Source of the DNA: Candidatus Woesearchaeota archaeon
Lineage (GTDB): Archaea; Nanobdellota; Nanobdellia; Woesearchaeales; JAGVYO01
Length of the DNA: 48,046 bases
Direction of reading: 5' to 3'
Assembly: GCA_018303225.1 (NCBI GenBank)
Contig: JAGVYO010000006.1
Location: 1-48,046, forward strand
This document shows positions 17,570 to 26,769 of this stretch, piece by piece. The notes under the pieces are model-generated. The model did not search any database. It had not been told where the DNA came from and saw nothing but the letters and a program-made list of their open reading frames with translations. Position 1 is the first letter of the stretch; each line of letters begins with the position of its first letter. The translations under genes and the position numbers were made by a program.

Positions 17570-19828
17570 GTGCATGCCAATGTCGCACCGAATGCCCCCG
17601 TAGCAAGCTATCCGCAGGATAATACGGCCAATATACCTATCAGCAAAGACAACAGGGCCTATGGCAGCTATTTGATCTGGCGCGGCACAGACCCGGACCA
17701 CGATCCCTTGCTGCTTACACATGAGTTCTATTTCGGAAACGCATCCACTAACCTGATAATTAGGGAAACATCCGGCCCGAAAGACACCGACGGCACCGGG
17801 AAATACCTCCTGCAAGACCAGCTGGCCTATAGCCAGGCCTATTTCTGGAAGGTCATCGTTGTGGATCCATTAGGGGCAAGAACAGAAGGCCCTATATGGA
17901 GATTTACGGCTGAGCAGGCCCCGATCCAAAATCCGCCTGTCCTGGTCCTCATAGGCAACAGGCAAATCAATGAAGGCCAGACCCTCACATTTACAATATC
18001 GGCAACGGACGCAAACAATGACCCGTTGACGTATTCCGCAACCGGTCTTCCGACCGGCGCAAGCTTTACGCCCGCCACCAGAACGTTCGCTTGGACGCCT
18101 GGCTTTAGCCAAGCCAATGCCTATAGCGTGACGTTTAATGTGAGCGACGGCACGGCCACCGATTCCGAGACGATCACAATCACTGTGAACGATGTGACAC
18201 CGCCGCAAAGCAATGGTGCACCTACGGTGAGTTCGTTCAGCCCAAGCACAAGCACCCTGATTGCAGCGGATAATGTAGCAAAGAACTTCAGCGTCACGGC
18301 CTCCGACCCGGAAGGAAGCACCTTGACCTATCAATGGTACCTGAATAACAATGCAGTAGCAGGACAGACCGCCAACAGCTATTCAAACAGTTTCGCGACC
18401 GCCGGAACCTTCGGCGTGAAAGTAGCCATCAGCGACGGAACCAACGTGGTAGAGCGTTCCTGGACCGTCACCGTGAGCACCGTTCCGGTCGCAACAACCT
18501 TTGACGGCAGCACCACCAATTTTGCCCAGCTTTCCAATTTAAACAACGTCACCAATGTGACGCTGGAAAAAAGCGCAGCCGGAAAGATTGCGTTCGGCAA
18601 CAGCGCATTGAATTTGAGCGACGTGGCGGATGTAGACAGCAACGTAGTCATCGCCAACGGGCTGATCGGCATCAACACGCAGAACCTGCCGCAGCTGAAC
18701 AAGCCGGCTACCTTAACCATGTATAATGTGAATTTTGCCACTACCCCTACTATCTTTTACACCGACGGCTTCACCACGGACAAGAACCAGATCAACAACG
18801 TATGCACGTTCTGCAGCGTGGTCAGCTTCCAGAACAACCGGCTGGTATTCACCGCGAGCCATTTCACCACCTTTGCCGTGAAGAACGTGGTGGCCTCCAA
18901 ACTGGCCATCCGCGACCTGGATGTAAAAGTGGCCGATGCCACGGACCGCAACGTGGAGAACGGCGAGACCGTCAGCAAGGACATCGTGCCGGGCGACACC
19001 ATAGAGCTCACGTTGGATGTAGAGAACCTGTTCGCCAATTCCGAGAGGATAGAGATCAAGGACATCCGCATCGAAGCGGTCTTCAAGAAGATCGACGTGG
19101 ACGATGAGGACATCGAGAAGGAAAGCGACGAGTTCGACCTGAACGAGGACGACCACGTGAAAAAGACGCTCACGTTTTCCGTTCCGCACCGCGTCAAGGA
19201 AGACAAGTACGAGATGGACATCAAGGTCGAAGGCAAGGACGAGGACGGCAACACCCACCGCGTGGACTGGACCATCTTCTTTGAAGTGAAGAAGAAGAAT
19301 CACGATGTATCCATCAGCAGATTATTCTTAAGCCCGCAATTGATGCGCTGCGACGCCAGCACCAATCTGGAGCTGGAAATCACGAACACCGGCGACAAGA
19401 GCGAGGACGATGCAGGATATGAGATTGTCAGCAATATGCTCGACATCAATATCCAGAAATCTAATATTGCGCTGGATGACGACCCGGATGATGAAGATTC
19501 AAAATATCGGGAAAGTGTCAAACTCACCCTAGACAAAGACCTGGAGCCGGGCATCTACCAGATCACAGTAAAATCTTCTTATGATGGAAAGATTACCCAG
19601 GAGAAGCGGATTGACCTGACTGTAGAGCAGTGCAGCCCAGTAGCGGTTCGGGTGCCCGAGCCAGATACGAAAGTAGTCGTATCCACCGATGTGCCGGCAA
19701 CCCCTGCACAGCCGAAAGAGCAAGGCTTCCTTGAGTCCAGCGGATACCTCATCCTGGTGGCGGGAATCTACGTCCTGCTGATTGCCATAGCCATCTACGC
19801 AATGGTCTACCTGGTAAGGAAGAGATAA
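17570..19828 (+). CDS. Multi-Ig-domain surface/S-layer-like protein with C-terminal membrane anchor; true start uncertain
   Basis: NPPVL..INEGQTLTFTISATDANNDPLTYS..LPTGASF cadherin-like Ig, PKD-like ASDPEGSTLTYQWY, SHFTTFAV, acidic Ig domains, TM helix + RKR. Confidence 0.85.
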   Translation: MHANVAPNAPVASYPQDNTANIPISKDNRAYGSYLIWRGTDPDHDPLLLTHEFYFGNASTNLIIRETSGPKDTDGTGKYLLQDQLAYSQAYFWKVIVVDPLGARTEGPIWRFTAEQAPIQNPPVLVLIGNRQINEGQTLTFTISATDANNDPLTYSATGLPTGASFTPATRTFAWTPGFSQANAYSVTFNVSDGTATDSETITITVNDVTPPQSNGAPTVSSFSPSTSTLIAADNVAKNFSVTASDPEGSTLTYQWYLNNNAVAGQTANSYSNSFATAGTFGVKVAISDGTNVVERSWTVTVSTVPVATTFDGSTTNFAQLSNLNNVTNVTLEKSAAGKIAFGNSALNLSDVADVDSNVVIANGLIGINTQNLPQLNKPATLTMYNVNFATTPTIFYTDGFTTDKNQINNVCTFCSVVSFQNNRLVFTASHFTTFAVKNVVASKLAIRDLDVKVADATDRNVENGETVSKDIVPGDTIELTLDVENLFANSERIEIKDIRIEAVFKKIDVDDEDIEKESDEFDLNEDDHVKKTLTFSVPHRVKEDKYEMDIKVEGKDEDGNTHRVDWTIFFEVKKKNHDVSISRLFLSPQLMRCDASTNLELEITNTGDKSEDDAGYEIVSNMLDINIQKSNIALDDDPDDEDSKYRESVKLTLDKDLEPGIYQITVKSSYDGKITQEKRIDLTVEQCSPVAVRVPEPDTKVVVSTDVPATPAQPKEQGFLESSGYLILVAGIYVLLIAIAIYAMVYLVRKR

Positions 19829-19920
19829 TTTTTTCTTCTGATTTTCGTAACTTAGACAGAATACAAATCTTTAAATAAAAGCCCACCCAAGAATAAGAGT
19901 GTTAAAAAAGGGTGGACGAT

Positions 19921-20271
19921 ATGAAGAATGAAGCTTTCATCTTGCCGTTTCTTGCATTGCTGGTACTGAGCCCTTTGGGCACGATGTTCTGGTACGATCC
20001 AGTAACCGATAACGACCCGTTCGAACTCTATGTGAACGTCCGCGGCCTGGATCATGACGCAGACGATGTGCACGTGAAGGCCTTCATCCCGGACCTCAAC
20101 ATCGAAGTGGCCTCCAGGGAGTTTGATCTGGACAGGAACGAGAATATGCTGGTATACATCAATTCCTTTGAGCTCGCAGGCGCAGTGCCGGGATATTACC
20201 CGGTGAAGATAGTAGCCAGGAACGACGAAGGCGTGAGGGACAGCCGCTATATCTGGTTTACTGTTGAATAA
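19921..20271 (+). CDS. Secreted single Ig-like domain protein
   Basis: Hydrophobic N-terminus; VHVKAFIPDLN..REFDL..PGYYPVKIVA. Confidence 0.75.
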   Translation: MKNEAFILPFLALLVLSPLGTMFWYDPVTDNDPFELYVNVRGLDHDADDVHVKAFIPDLNIEVASREFDLDRNENMLVYINSFELAGAVPGYYPVKIVARNDEGVRDSRYIWFTVE

Positions 20272-20314
20272 ACTCCCAATAGATTTTTATGTGTCCTCTT
20301 TTTCTTAATAGGGT

Positions 20315-21319
20315 ATGGACCAACAGATAACCGAAGGCAAAGCCATCATCAGTGTCCCGAAAACCGAGAAGATATCCAAGGCCATGCCGGCCTTCTACAA
20401 CCCGGTCATGAAGCTGAACAGGGACATCTCGGTCCTGGTGCTGAAAGCATGGAGCAAAAACCAGCTCAACATCGCGCTGCCGCTGGCGGGAACCGGCGTA
20501 CGGGCAATCCGTTTTCTGAAAGAGCTGCCGAAAAGCAAGATCAGGAGCATAGCGGTCAATGATGCAAATCCGACGGCCATAAAGTATATCAGAGCCAACC
20601 TGAAAAAGAATAAGATAAAAAGGAAAATTTCCATTTCCAATAAAGATGCCAGCCAATTTCTACTGGAAAACAGCGCAATGGACTACATCGACATCGATCC
20701 CTTTGGGACCCCCAATCCGTTCCTGGACAGCGCAGTCAAGCGGATAACAAACGAAGGCATCCTGGCAGTAACCGCAACCGATACAGCACCCTTGTGCGGC
20801 ACCTATCCCGAGGCCTGCCTCCGGAAATACTGGGCGGTTTCCAAAAGAAGCCCCATCATGCACGAGACAGGATTAAGGATCCTGATCCGCAAGGTCCAGC
20901 TTATCGGAGCGCAATACCAAAAGGCGTTGGTCCCCCTCTACGCCTACGCAAAAGAGCATTATTTCAGGGCGTTTTTCTCGTGCAAGAAGTCAAAGGCAGA
21001 GTGCCAGCGATTGCTGCAACAGCACGGCATGCTCAACGATATAGGACCTTTTGCAAAGAAAGTAACTGAAAAAGCCGATAAGAAGGACAAAGAGACATCA
21101 AAATTCACAGAAACCATCGTAGAAGAGAGCAGCATCCAGGCAGTAGGGTTCTATGACATCCACCATTTGTGCAAGGAATACAAATTCCCCCAGATTCCGA
21201 AGCGAGAAGCGATCATCGGGAAAATCAGAAAGAAAGGCTACAAGGCCTCACCAACACATTTTACCGGCGAAGGCATACGGAGCGATATCCCACTAAAAGA
21301 ACTGCTGAAACTGTTTTAG
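20315..21319 (+). CDS. trm1: tRNA G26 N2,N2-dimethyltransferase
   Basis: FYNPVMKLNRDISV, AGTGVRAIR, NDANP, DIDPFGTP, VTATDTAPLCG, HETGLRIL. Confidence 0.95.
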   Translation: MDQQITEGKAIISVPKTEKISKAMPAFYNPVMKLNRDISVLVLKAWSKNQLNIALPLAGTGVRAIRFLKELPKSKIRSIAVNDANPTAIKYIRANLKKNKIKRKISISNKDASQFLLENSAMDYIDIDPFGTPNPFLDSAVKRITNEGILAVTATDTAPLCGTYPEACLRKYWAVSKRSPIMHETGLRILIRKVQLIGAQYQKALVPLYAYAKEHYFRAFFSCKKSKAECQRLLQQHGMLNDIGPFAKKVTEKADKKDKETSKFTETIVEESSIQAVGFYDIHHLCKEYKFPQIPKREAIIGKIRKKGYKASPTHFTGEGIRSDIPLKELLKLF

Positions 21320-21594
21320 CCCACGGCCCTTCGTACGTCCACCACTTCGACTGAATTGACGCCTCCTATTTTAGAAATCTGGTTCTCCAGCTCTTCGGTG
21401 GAGCCCTTGCTCTCATCCATGACAAACGTGAGCTTCAATGCCTTTAAACCGAAAGCGACCGGCTCCTGCTCCATCCTCATGTCTCCTGCACCTGCAAAGG
21501 AGGAGATGTAGGATTTCGCTTCCTCGGCCAGCTGGTCCAGATCGGTCTCCGGGCTTTCCGGCATGATTTTCAGGGTGATGATGACGTTTGCCAT
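21316..21594 (-). CDS. ef1b: Elongation factor aEF-1beta
   Basis: LKIMPESPETDL..EPVAFGLKAL..GGVNSVEV. Confidence 0.96.
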   Translation of the reverse strand: MANVIITLKIMPESPETDLDQLAEEAKSYISSFAGAGDMRMEQEPVAFGLKALKLTFVMDESKGSTEELENQISKIGGVNSVEVVDVRRAVG

Positions 21595-21619
21595 TTTGAA
21601 GAGATTTTCAAACAAACAT

Positions 21620-21930
21620 TTCCCATTGGAATTTTTTTATTTTTTCTTTGCGGTAAGGCTCATCCCAAAAATTTCGGCACGAAATTTTTGGAATAGTACG
21701 CTTTCGCTAAAAAAATGATGTCAAGCGAAAACCGACCACCACCGGTCGGAGACCGGTGGCATGCTCGCTCGCTTCGCTCGCTCGGGTCGGTTTTCTGGAC
21801 CCTCAATTTTCCATGAGGTCGGTTTTCTGGACCCTCAATTTTCCATGAGTCATTTGACCACCACTCCGAGAGTGGTGGAAAATTGAGATTTTAATGCGTT
21901 GTTTTATTTTTGGCCGATTCCCCGGCATAA
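21620..21930 (+). repeat. Repeat family B copy 2 with nested hairpin element and 32-bp tandem duplication
   Basis: GCGGTAAGGCTCATCCCAAAAATTTCGGCACGAAATTTTTGG..CGCTTTCGC; GGTCGGTTTTCTGGACCCTCAATTTTCCATGA at 21785-21816 and 21817-21848. Confidence 0.85.
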
Positions 21931-21972
21931 TAGTTTCTAAAGCGCTAAAGATGATTAGTCGATATTGGCAAT

Positions 21973-22146
21973 TTAATTAGGACCCGAAAAGTTGCATCCC
22001 GTGCATGTGTACCGGGCCGCAATCTCCCGGCAGTGCCGGCACCGGACAATCTCGACCTTGCTGCAGTTCGGGCAGAGAAACCGGACAGCGCCCTGGGTAT
22101 TGGTGATCTGCTTCTTACACGAGGTACAAATGGTACTTTTTTCCAT
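21973..22146 (-). CDS. Small double zinc-ribbon protein (DUF1610/HVO_2753-like)
   Basis: MEKSTICTSCKKQI..FLCPNCSKVEIVRCRHCR..YTCTGCNFSGPN (57 aa, below ORF-track cutoff); usual neighbour of ef1b. Confidence 0.92.
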   Translation of the reverse strand: MEKSTICTSCKKQITNTQGAVRFLCPNCSKVEIVRCRHCREIAARYTCTGCNFSGPN

Positions 22147-22168
22147 CGACCAGAGGATTTAAGGCTGA

Positions 22169-22275
22169 TTTATAAAGGTTTTGAAATCTGAAAGATTGCA
22201 AGACCCCAGAAAGCTTCGCTTTCGTTGGGTTTTGAAATCCGAAGGATTTCAAGACCTTAGGAAGCATAACTTCCG
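22169..22275 (-). repeat. Repeat family C, copy 2
   Basis: Minus strand AAAACCCAACGAAAGCGAAGCTTTCTGGGGTCTT differs by one base from copy 1; ends AAAACC-TTTATAAA. Confidence 0.85.
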
Positions 22276-23360
22276 CAAGCTTGTTGTTTTGCCCGGATAA
22301 TCTTTTTTTCACGGTCAATCTCAAAACAGGGGCCCAGGAACTGCTCGATCACGTAGATGTTGGTAAGCACATGGTTCGTGATTTTGGAAACCGTAATCTC
22401 GCCTCCGAACAGGGCCAACCAGGGCAGCAGATTGTCTGCCAGATATTCGTCCACCGGCGTTTTGTACCCGATCTCGTTGGTCAGCCGCTCCGCCGCCTCT
22501 TTGCCCACGACTTCTGATTTCCTGCCCTTCTCCCCCAGCGCATCGGCGCCGACACGATTGGTTTTTTCGCCATCCGTGGAGAAAACCGCCCACAGCATGA
22601 TGCCCGATCCCGTGCAGGAGGAAGGCGCATACACTTCCTCGACCGAGAGCGGGCATTTCAGGTCCGATAAGATCACCTTGGCAGCCTGGCTTTGGCGTTC
22701 GGCGACCTTGGCGGCCTGCAGATCCTGGGACGCATGGCTGATGCCCCTGACATGCACCAGCGTGCCCTGCTCCATCAGCCTCAACGGCTTGTCTTCGGCC
22801 CGGAGATAATCCCACAGTGCCGAAAAATCCCTGAAATCCGCCAGCGTGTACGGGCTTTCCACCGAGACTTCCACTTTGCCGCCGCCGGCCGGATAATAGC
22901 CCCGCCGGATCAACCGAAAATCTACCTGCCCGTAAGGAGCCAGCACCGGAAGAAGGACCTCGCTGAAATAGTCCGCGGGCATGCTCCATTTCGTATCGGT
23001 TCCGCCGGTGATGCGCAGAAAGATTTTCCGCTCGGTAAAGAAGCAGGGCAGCAGCAACGCCTGCAGCAGCAACGTGATGGAGCCCGCGGTCTTGATATCG
23101 ATGACCAGCGTCCTTGTCTTCAGGCCGTGCGGCGTGAATTTCAGGCGTTCGGATCCGAGAACAGCCCCCTCCACTTCGGCATCGCACAATTCCTGCAGCG
23201 CCTTGATGGCGTACAGGTGCTGGTTCTTCAGCCCGCCCGAACAGCGGCCCTTGCGGATGTTGGAAACCTCAAACGGCTGCTGCGTCAATGCCGAAAATGC
23301 CAATGCTGTCCGGACAATCTGGCCGCCGCCTTCGCCGTAGTTCCCATCCAGGCTGATCAT
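22257..23360 (-). CDS. rtcA: RNA 3'-terminal phosphate cyclase
   Basis: LDGNYGEGGGQIVRTAL, GLKNQHL, TAGSITLLLQ, GGTD, RRGYYPAGGG, VDEYLADNL. Confidence 0.96.
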   Translation of the reverse strand: MISLDGNYGEGGGQIVRTALAFSALTQQPFEVSNIRKGRCSGGLKNQHLYAIKALQELCDAEVEGAVLGSERLKFTPHGLKTRTLVIDIKTAGSITLLLQALLLPCFFTERKIFLRITGGTDTKWSMPADYFSEVLLPVLAPYGQVDFRLIRRGYYPAGGGKVEVSVESPYTLADFRDFSALWDYLRAEDKPLRLMEQGTLVHVRGISHASQDLQAAKVAERQSQAAKVILSDLKCPLSVEEVYAPSSCTGSGIMLWAVFSTDGEKTNRVGADALGEKGRKSEVVGKEAAERLTNEIGYKTPVDEYLADNLLPWLALFGGEITVSKITNHVLTNIYVIEQFLGPCFEIDREKKIIRAKQQACGSYAS

Positions 23361-23382
23361 ACAAAGAAAAGAAAAAGAAGGA

Positions 23383-23440
23383 ATTTAAAAGGTTTTGGGA
23401 TTCAAAGAATCCCAAGACCCTAGAAAGCCCTGCTTTCGTA
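23383..23440 (-). repeat. Repeat family C, copy 3 (single unit)
   Basis: Minus strand CGAAAGCAGGGCTTTCTAGGGTCTTGGGATTCTTTGAATCCCAAAACC-TTTTAAAT upstream of rtcA. Confidence 0.8.
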
Positions 23441-23541
23441 ATAGCAAATTGCAAAAATAATGGAACTTTTTTGACGCAATTTGCTATTCTAGCAAAGCTC
23501 ACAAAAGTTCATAGATTAATGAGCTTTGCTATAAGGTTTGC

Positions 23542-23766
23542 CTAAATCCTGCCCAGGACCCCATCCAGGTTGTCCAGCTCCTGCTCGGTCGCCGGGTCAA
23601 TCACCGAATCCACGTCGTTGGCTTCGCCAATGGCCTCACCGATGCTGTCCGGCGCTTCAACAGCAGGCTGAGGCGCAGCCGGAGGCACAGTGTCTGCCGA
23701 AGGAGCCGTTTTGCACCCTGCCAAAAACAGCAATGCCAGCACCATAATCCATCTTCGCATCGTCAT
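23542..23766 (-). CDS. Small acidic lipoprotein
   Basis: MRRWIMVLALLFLAG-C lipobox, Pro/Ala linker, acidic tail. Confidence 0.75.
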   Translation of the reverse strand: MTMRRWIMVLALLFLAGCKTAPSADTVPPAAPQPAVEAPDSIGEAIGEANDVDSVIDPATEQELDNLDGVLGRI

Positions 23767-23776
23767 CACCCTTTCC

Positions 23777-25276
23777 CTAGTCATCAGAAACCTCTACCAT
23801 CTCTTCCACTTCGCCTTCCTCCTCGATCTCCAGATCATCAATATCCTCGCCTGCATCTTTCATCTCGTCACGGATTTGTGTAAGGAGATCGTGCGCCTCC
23901 TGCAGGCTCTGGTGCGCTTTTTTGGCCGCTTCCCTCGACTTCTGGACAGTCTCGGCAGCCAGCTCGGGATTTGAGCTCCGCAATTCCTGCGCTTCTCCGG
24001 CCAGCTTCTGGGCTTCGGCAAAATGATCCCGGGCTTCGGCAATGCGCTCGCTGAAGCGGTTGACCAGCTCGTCCACGGCAGAGACATCCTTGCCCGCATC
24101 TTCGGCCCGTGTCAGGACAATCTCCAATTGGCGCTCCATCTGCCGGCTGCGCACAATAATCTCTCCCACTTTGGCACGATACAACGTATTGACGTGGCGA
24201 TGGATGCCGTCCTTGACATCCTTCCAGGCATCCTTTATCTTTTGGCCTGCTTCGCGGATCTCCGCAGCTGTTGTTGCGCTTTCCGCCGAGGCCTGTGCAT
24301 CCTTCACCTTCGCTACGGCATCCTCGATCCAGGAGAGCATCTGCGACGCATCCTCTTCCTTGATATCGTCCGAGCTCTGGACACGGCTCTTCAATTGCTC
24401 GAGATGCTGCAGGATCGCCTCTGTAAGGCGCTGCAGGTAGTCTTTGGCATGCTGAAGCTTCTCTGCCTCATTCCCTTCCTCATCTGACCTTTCAAAGGCA
24501 GCTCGCTTCTCTTTCCATTCTGCGCTGAGGTTGTTGAGCCGCTCTTCCGCACGTTCAGATTTTTCACGGGCCTCATTGCGAACCTCATTGCGGACAACCC
24601 GTTTCTGAAGTTCCCGCGCCAGCTCGACGCGGTGGGCCTCGAGATTATCCAGGCGTTCCTTCAACTGCTTCTCGTCCAGCGCCGCGTATTCCCTCAACCT
24701 GCTTCGGTCCAACGAAGCAAGCTTTTCCAGCTGGAGGGCATCCAGCTCAGCTATCTTTTTAAGTTGATCCTCATTGAGGGAAGCAATCTTCCGCAGCCGC
24801 TCGGCTTTGACCGCGACCAGGCGCTGGATCTGCTCTTCCCGCAGCTCCGCCAGCTTGCGCTGCTTCTCCTCGGAAAGCTTGGCGACGCGTTCCAGCTCTT
24901 CTTTCCGCAGCTCCTGGAAGCGTTCGACTTCAGAAGCACTTAAGCGCTTGAATTTCTCCAGTTCCCCTTCCTTCAGCTCCCGGAAGCGCTTCAGGGATTC
25001 TGCATCCAGATCCTTGAAACGGGAGTCATCCTCGATGCGTATACGCTGCTGAACCTCTTCCTGCACGCGGATATCGGTTTTTTCCCCTTCAGAGACTGTC
25101 CGGATGCGCTCTTCGGTCCGCACCCGCACCTCATCGTCCTTGATGTCCGTGCGTTCGCGGATATCCACATTGGTAGTTGTAGCATCGTCCGAATCGGCAT
25201 CACGATCCTGCGCAACAACAAGCACACTTCCCACCAGAAACAGCCCCATTACAATAAAGGCAACAAGTCGCTTCAT
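23777..25276 (-). CDS. Secreted helical protein with 11-residue repeats
   Basis: Signal peptide MKRLVAFIVMGLFLVGSVLVVA; GGAGG RBS; E/K/R-rich helices. Confidence 0.85.
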   Translation of the reverse strand: MKRLVAFIVMGLFLVGSVLVVAQDRDADSDDATTTNVDIRERTDIKDDEVRVRTEERIRTVSEGEKTDIRVQEEVQQRIRIEDDSRFKDLDAESLKRFRELKEGELEKFKRLSASEVERFQELRKEELERVAKLSEEKQRKLAELREEQIQRLVAVKAERLRKIASLNEDQLKKIAELDALQLEKLASLDRSRLREYAALDEKQLKERLDNLEAHRVELARELQKRVVRNEVRNEAREKSERAEERLNNLSAEWKEKRAAFERSDEEGNEAEKLQHAKDYLQRLTEAILQHLEQLKSRVQSSDDIKEEDASQMLSWIEDAVAKVKDAQASAESATTAAEIREAGQKIKDAWKDVKDGIHRHVNTLYRAKVGEIIVRSRQMERQLEIVLTRAEDAGKDVSAVDELVNRFSERIAEARDHFAEAQKLAGEAQELRSSNPELAAETVQKSREAAKKAHQSLQEAHDLLTQIRDEMKDAGEDIDDLEIEEEGEVEEMVEVSDD

Positions 25277-25321
25277 GCTATCCCTCCTTTTTTGACAAGA
25301 TTCAATTTGAACAGATTAATT

Positions 25322-25432
25322 TTCCATTGAAATTTTTTAATTTTTAGTTGGATAGGGAAATCCCAAAAATTCCGTGCCGGAATTTTTGAATTAAGCACAA
25401 CCTAAAAATAAAGGTTTTTTAGATTAATGCGC
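25322..25432 (+). repeat. Repeat family B, copy 3
   Basis: ATCCCAAAAATTCCGTGCCGGAATTTTTGAA (25360-25390) is identical to 14268-14298. Confidence 0.85.
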
Positions 25433-25598
25433 CATTCATTATAGATTCCAAGATGTTTTTCGCACTTCCCACATAAAAAGCTTTCGGTGAAAATCAGGGA
25501 TAGGCAGGGCAAAAACAGCACGCAGGACAAGACCAGGGAAAATCAAAAGCCTTATAAATAAAGCCGCCCTCTCAGTCGCTAAAAGGGGTGGGGATACT

Positions 25599-26423
25599 GT
25601 GAGTGCAGAAAAAGAGATTGTGAATTTCTGGCTGAACAAGCGCGGTTTCTTTACGATTCATAATATAAAGGCATCCGGCAACAAGAGCATCGGCATCCTT
25701 GCCCTCCGTTTCAACCAGGAGCGCCTGAAGGAAGTGATGCACATCGAGATCAGCTGCTCCATTTCGGGCAACGTGACGGATGCCCTCGATGTGAAGAAGA
25801 ACGTGATGCATTTTGTGAAGGACAAGTTCTACGATAAGGAGGTAGAGCGCACGGTGCACAGTTATGTGAGCCAGTTCCCGGGCCCCAAGCAGGATACGCA
25901 CAAGATTCTCGTACTGGGGCCATTGCCCAAGACAAAACGGCAGGAGATCATCCAAAGCTTCAAAGAGAAGAGCATTGATGTGTGGGAATTCGAAGAAATC
26001 GTCTCCAAGGTCCTCCAGGATATGGACACCCAGTTCTATAAGGACGGCATCGTGCGCACCCTGCAGCTGATCCGTTACCTCCTGCTTTCCAATCCGCAGA
26101 AACTGGCCGGATTGGTCAGCGAAGAGGCCGGCATCCTGAACCAGAGCGCCCGGAGCGAGTTCATCAGCGAACTGCTAAAGACCGAACTGGTCCGGAAAGA
26201 GCTCGGCAAGAGCGACGCGGTGCAGTTGGCCGGGATCCTGAAGCATTCTTCCCTGCGGAAGCCCGAGCTGTTGGCAGAGCTGCTGGAAAAGGACATCCTG
26301 AACCAGCGCACGAGAAAGCCCTTTCTGAATTCGCTGCTGAAACAGGAGAAGATGCGCAAGCTCCACGCACCGGCTGTAGAAAAAAAGCCGGAAAAGCCGT
26401 TGAACCAATTCTTTAGTGCCTGA
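25599..26423 (+). CDS. Hypothetical protein, degenerate PD-(D/E)XK-like fold
   Basis: GTG start after TATA; AEKEIVNFWLNKRGFF..GILAL..HIEISCS; KILVLG. Confidence 0.7.
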   Translation: MSAEKEIVNFWLNKRGFFTIHNIKASGNKSIGILALRFNQERLKEVMHIEISCSISGNVTDALDVKKNVMHFVKDKFYDKEVERTVHSYVSQFPGPKQDTHKILVLGPLPKTKRQEIIQSFKEKSIDVWEFEEIVSKVLQDMDTQFYKDGIVRTLQLIRYLLLSNPQKLAGLVSEEAGILNQSARSEFISELLKTELVRKELGKSDAVQLAGILKHSSLRKPELLAELLEKDILNQRTRKPFLNSLLKQEKMRKLHAPAVEKKPEKPLNQFFSA

Positions 26424-26697
26424 GGCCGTGCCACTTTTTATACAGCAGGCGGTACTCGTAAAAGAGGAACATCCCGTATACCATGATAAACCCGAAGATG
26501 AATAGGATCAGCGGCTGCACCCTGGAAGGCGCCAGCTGTTCGCCGGCTGCCGGCGCCGTGCTGGAGAGGACCAGGTTGACGTACCAGCCAAAACCGAAAA
26601 GAAGCGGCAACGCAAGCATCACACCGTCCACCATCAGTTTCCTGCGCAAATCCCCGTGAAGCGTCTTCGGAGAACCACGGCTTTGCTTTTTCGCCAT
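26413..26697 (-). CDS. Small two-TM membrane protein
   Basis: Two hydrophobic segments; TTTAAATA upstream. Confidence 0.6.
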   Translation of the reverse strand: MAKKQSRGSPKTLHGDLRRKLMVDGVMLALPLLFGFGWYVNLVLSSTAPAAGEQLAPSRVQPLILFIFGFIMVYGMFLFYEYRLLYKKWHGLRH

Positions 26698-26769
26698 ACC
26701 CTTTCCCACGCAAAAAGCCTATTTAAATGTTTGGCTCAAAAGAGGTGAAATAAGGGGAAAAAATATTGC

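Noticed and set aside
21719..21890. tRNA or other known ncRNA
   Set aside because: Branched hairpins but no D or T loop consensus; treated as a repeat mosaic.
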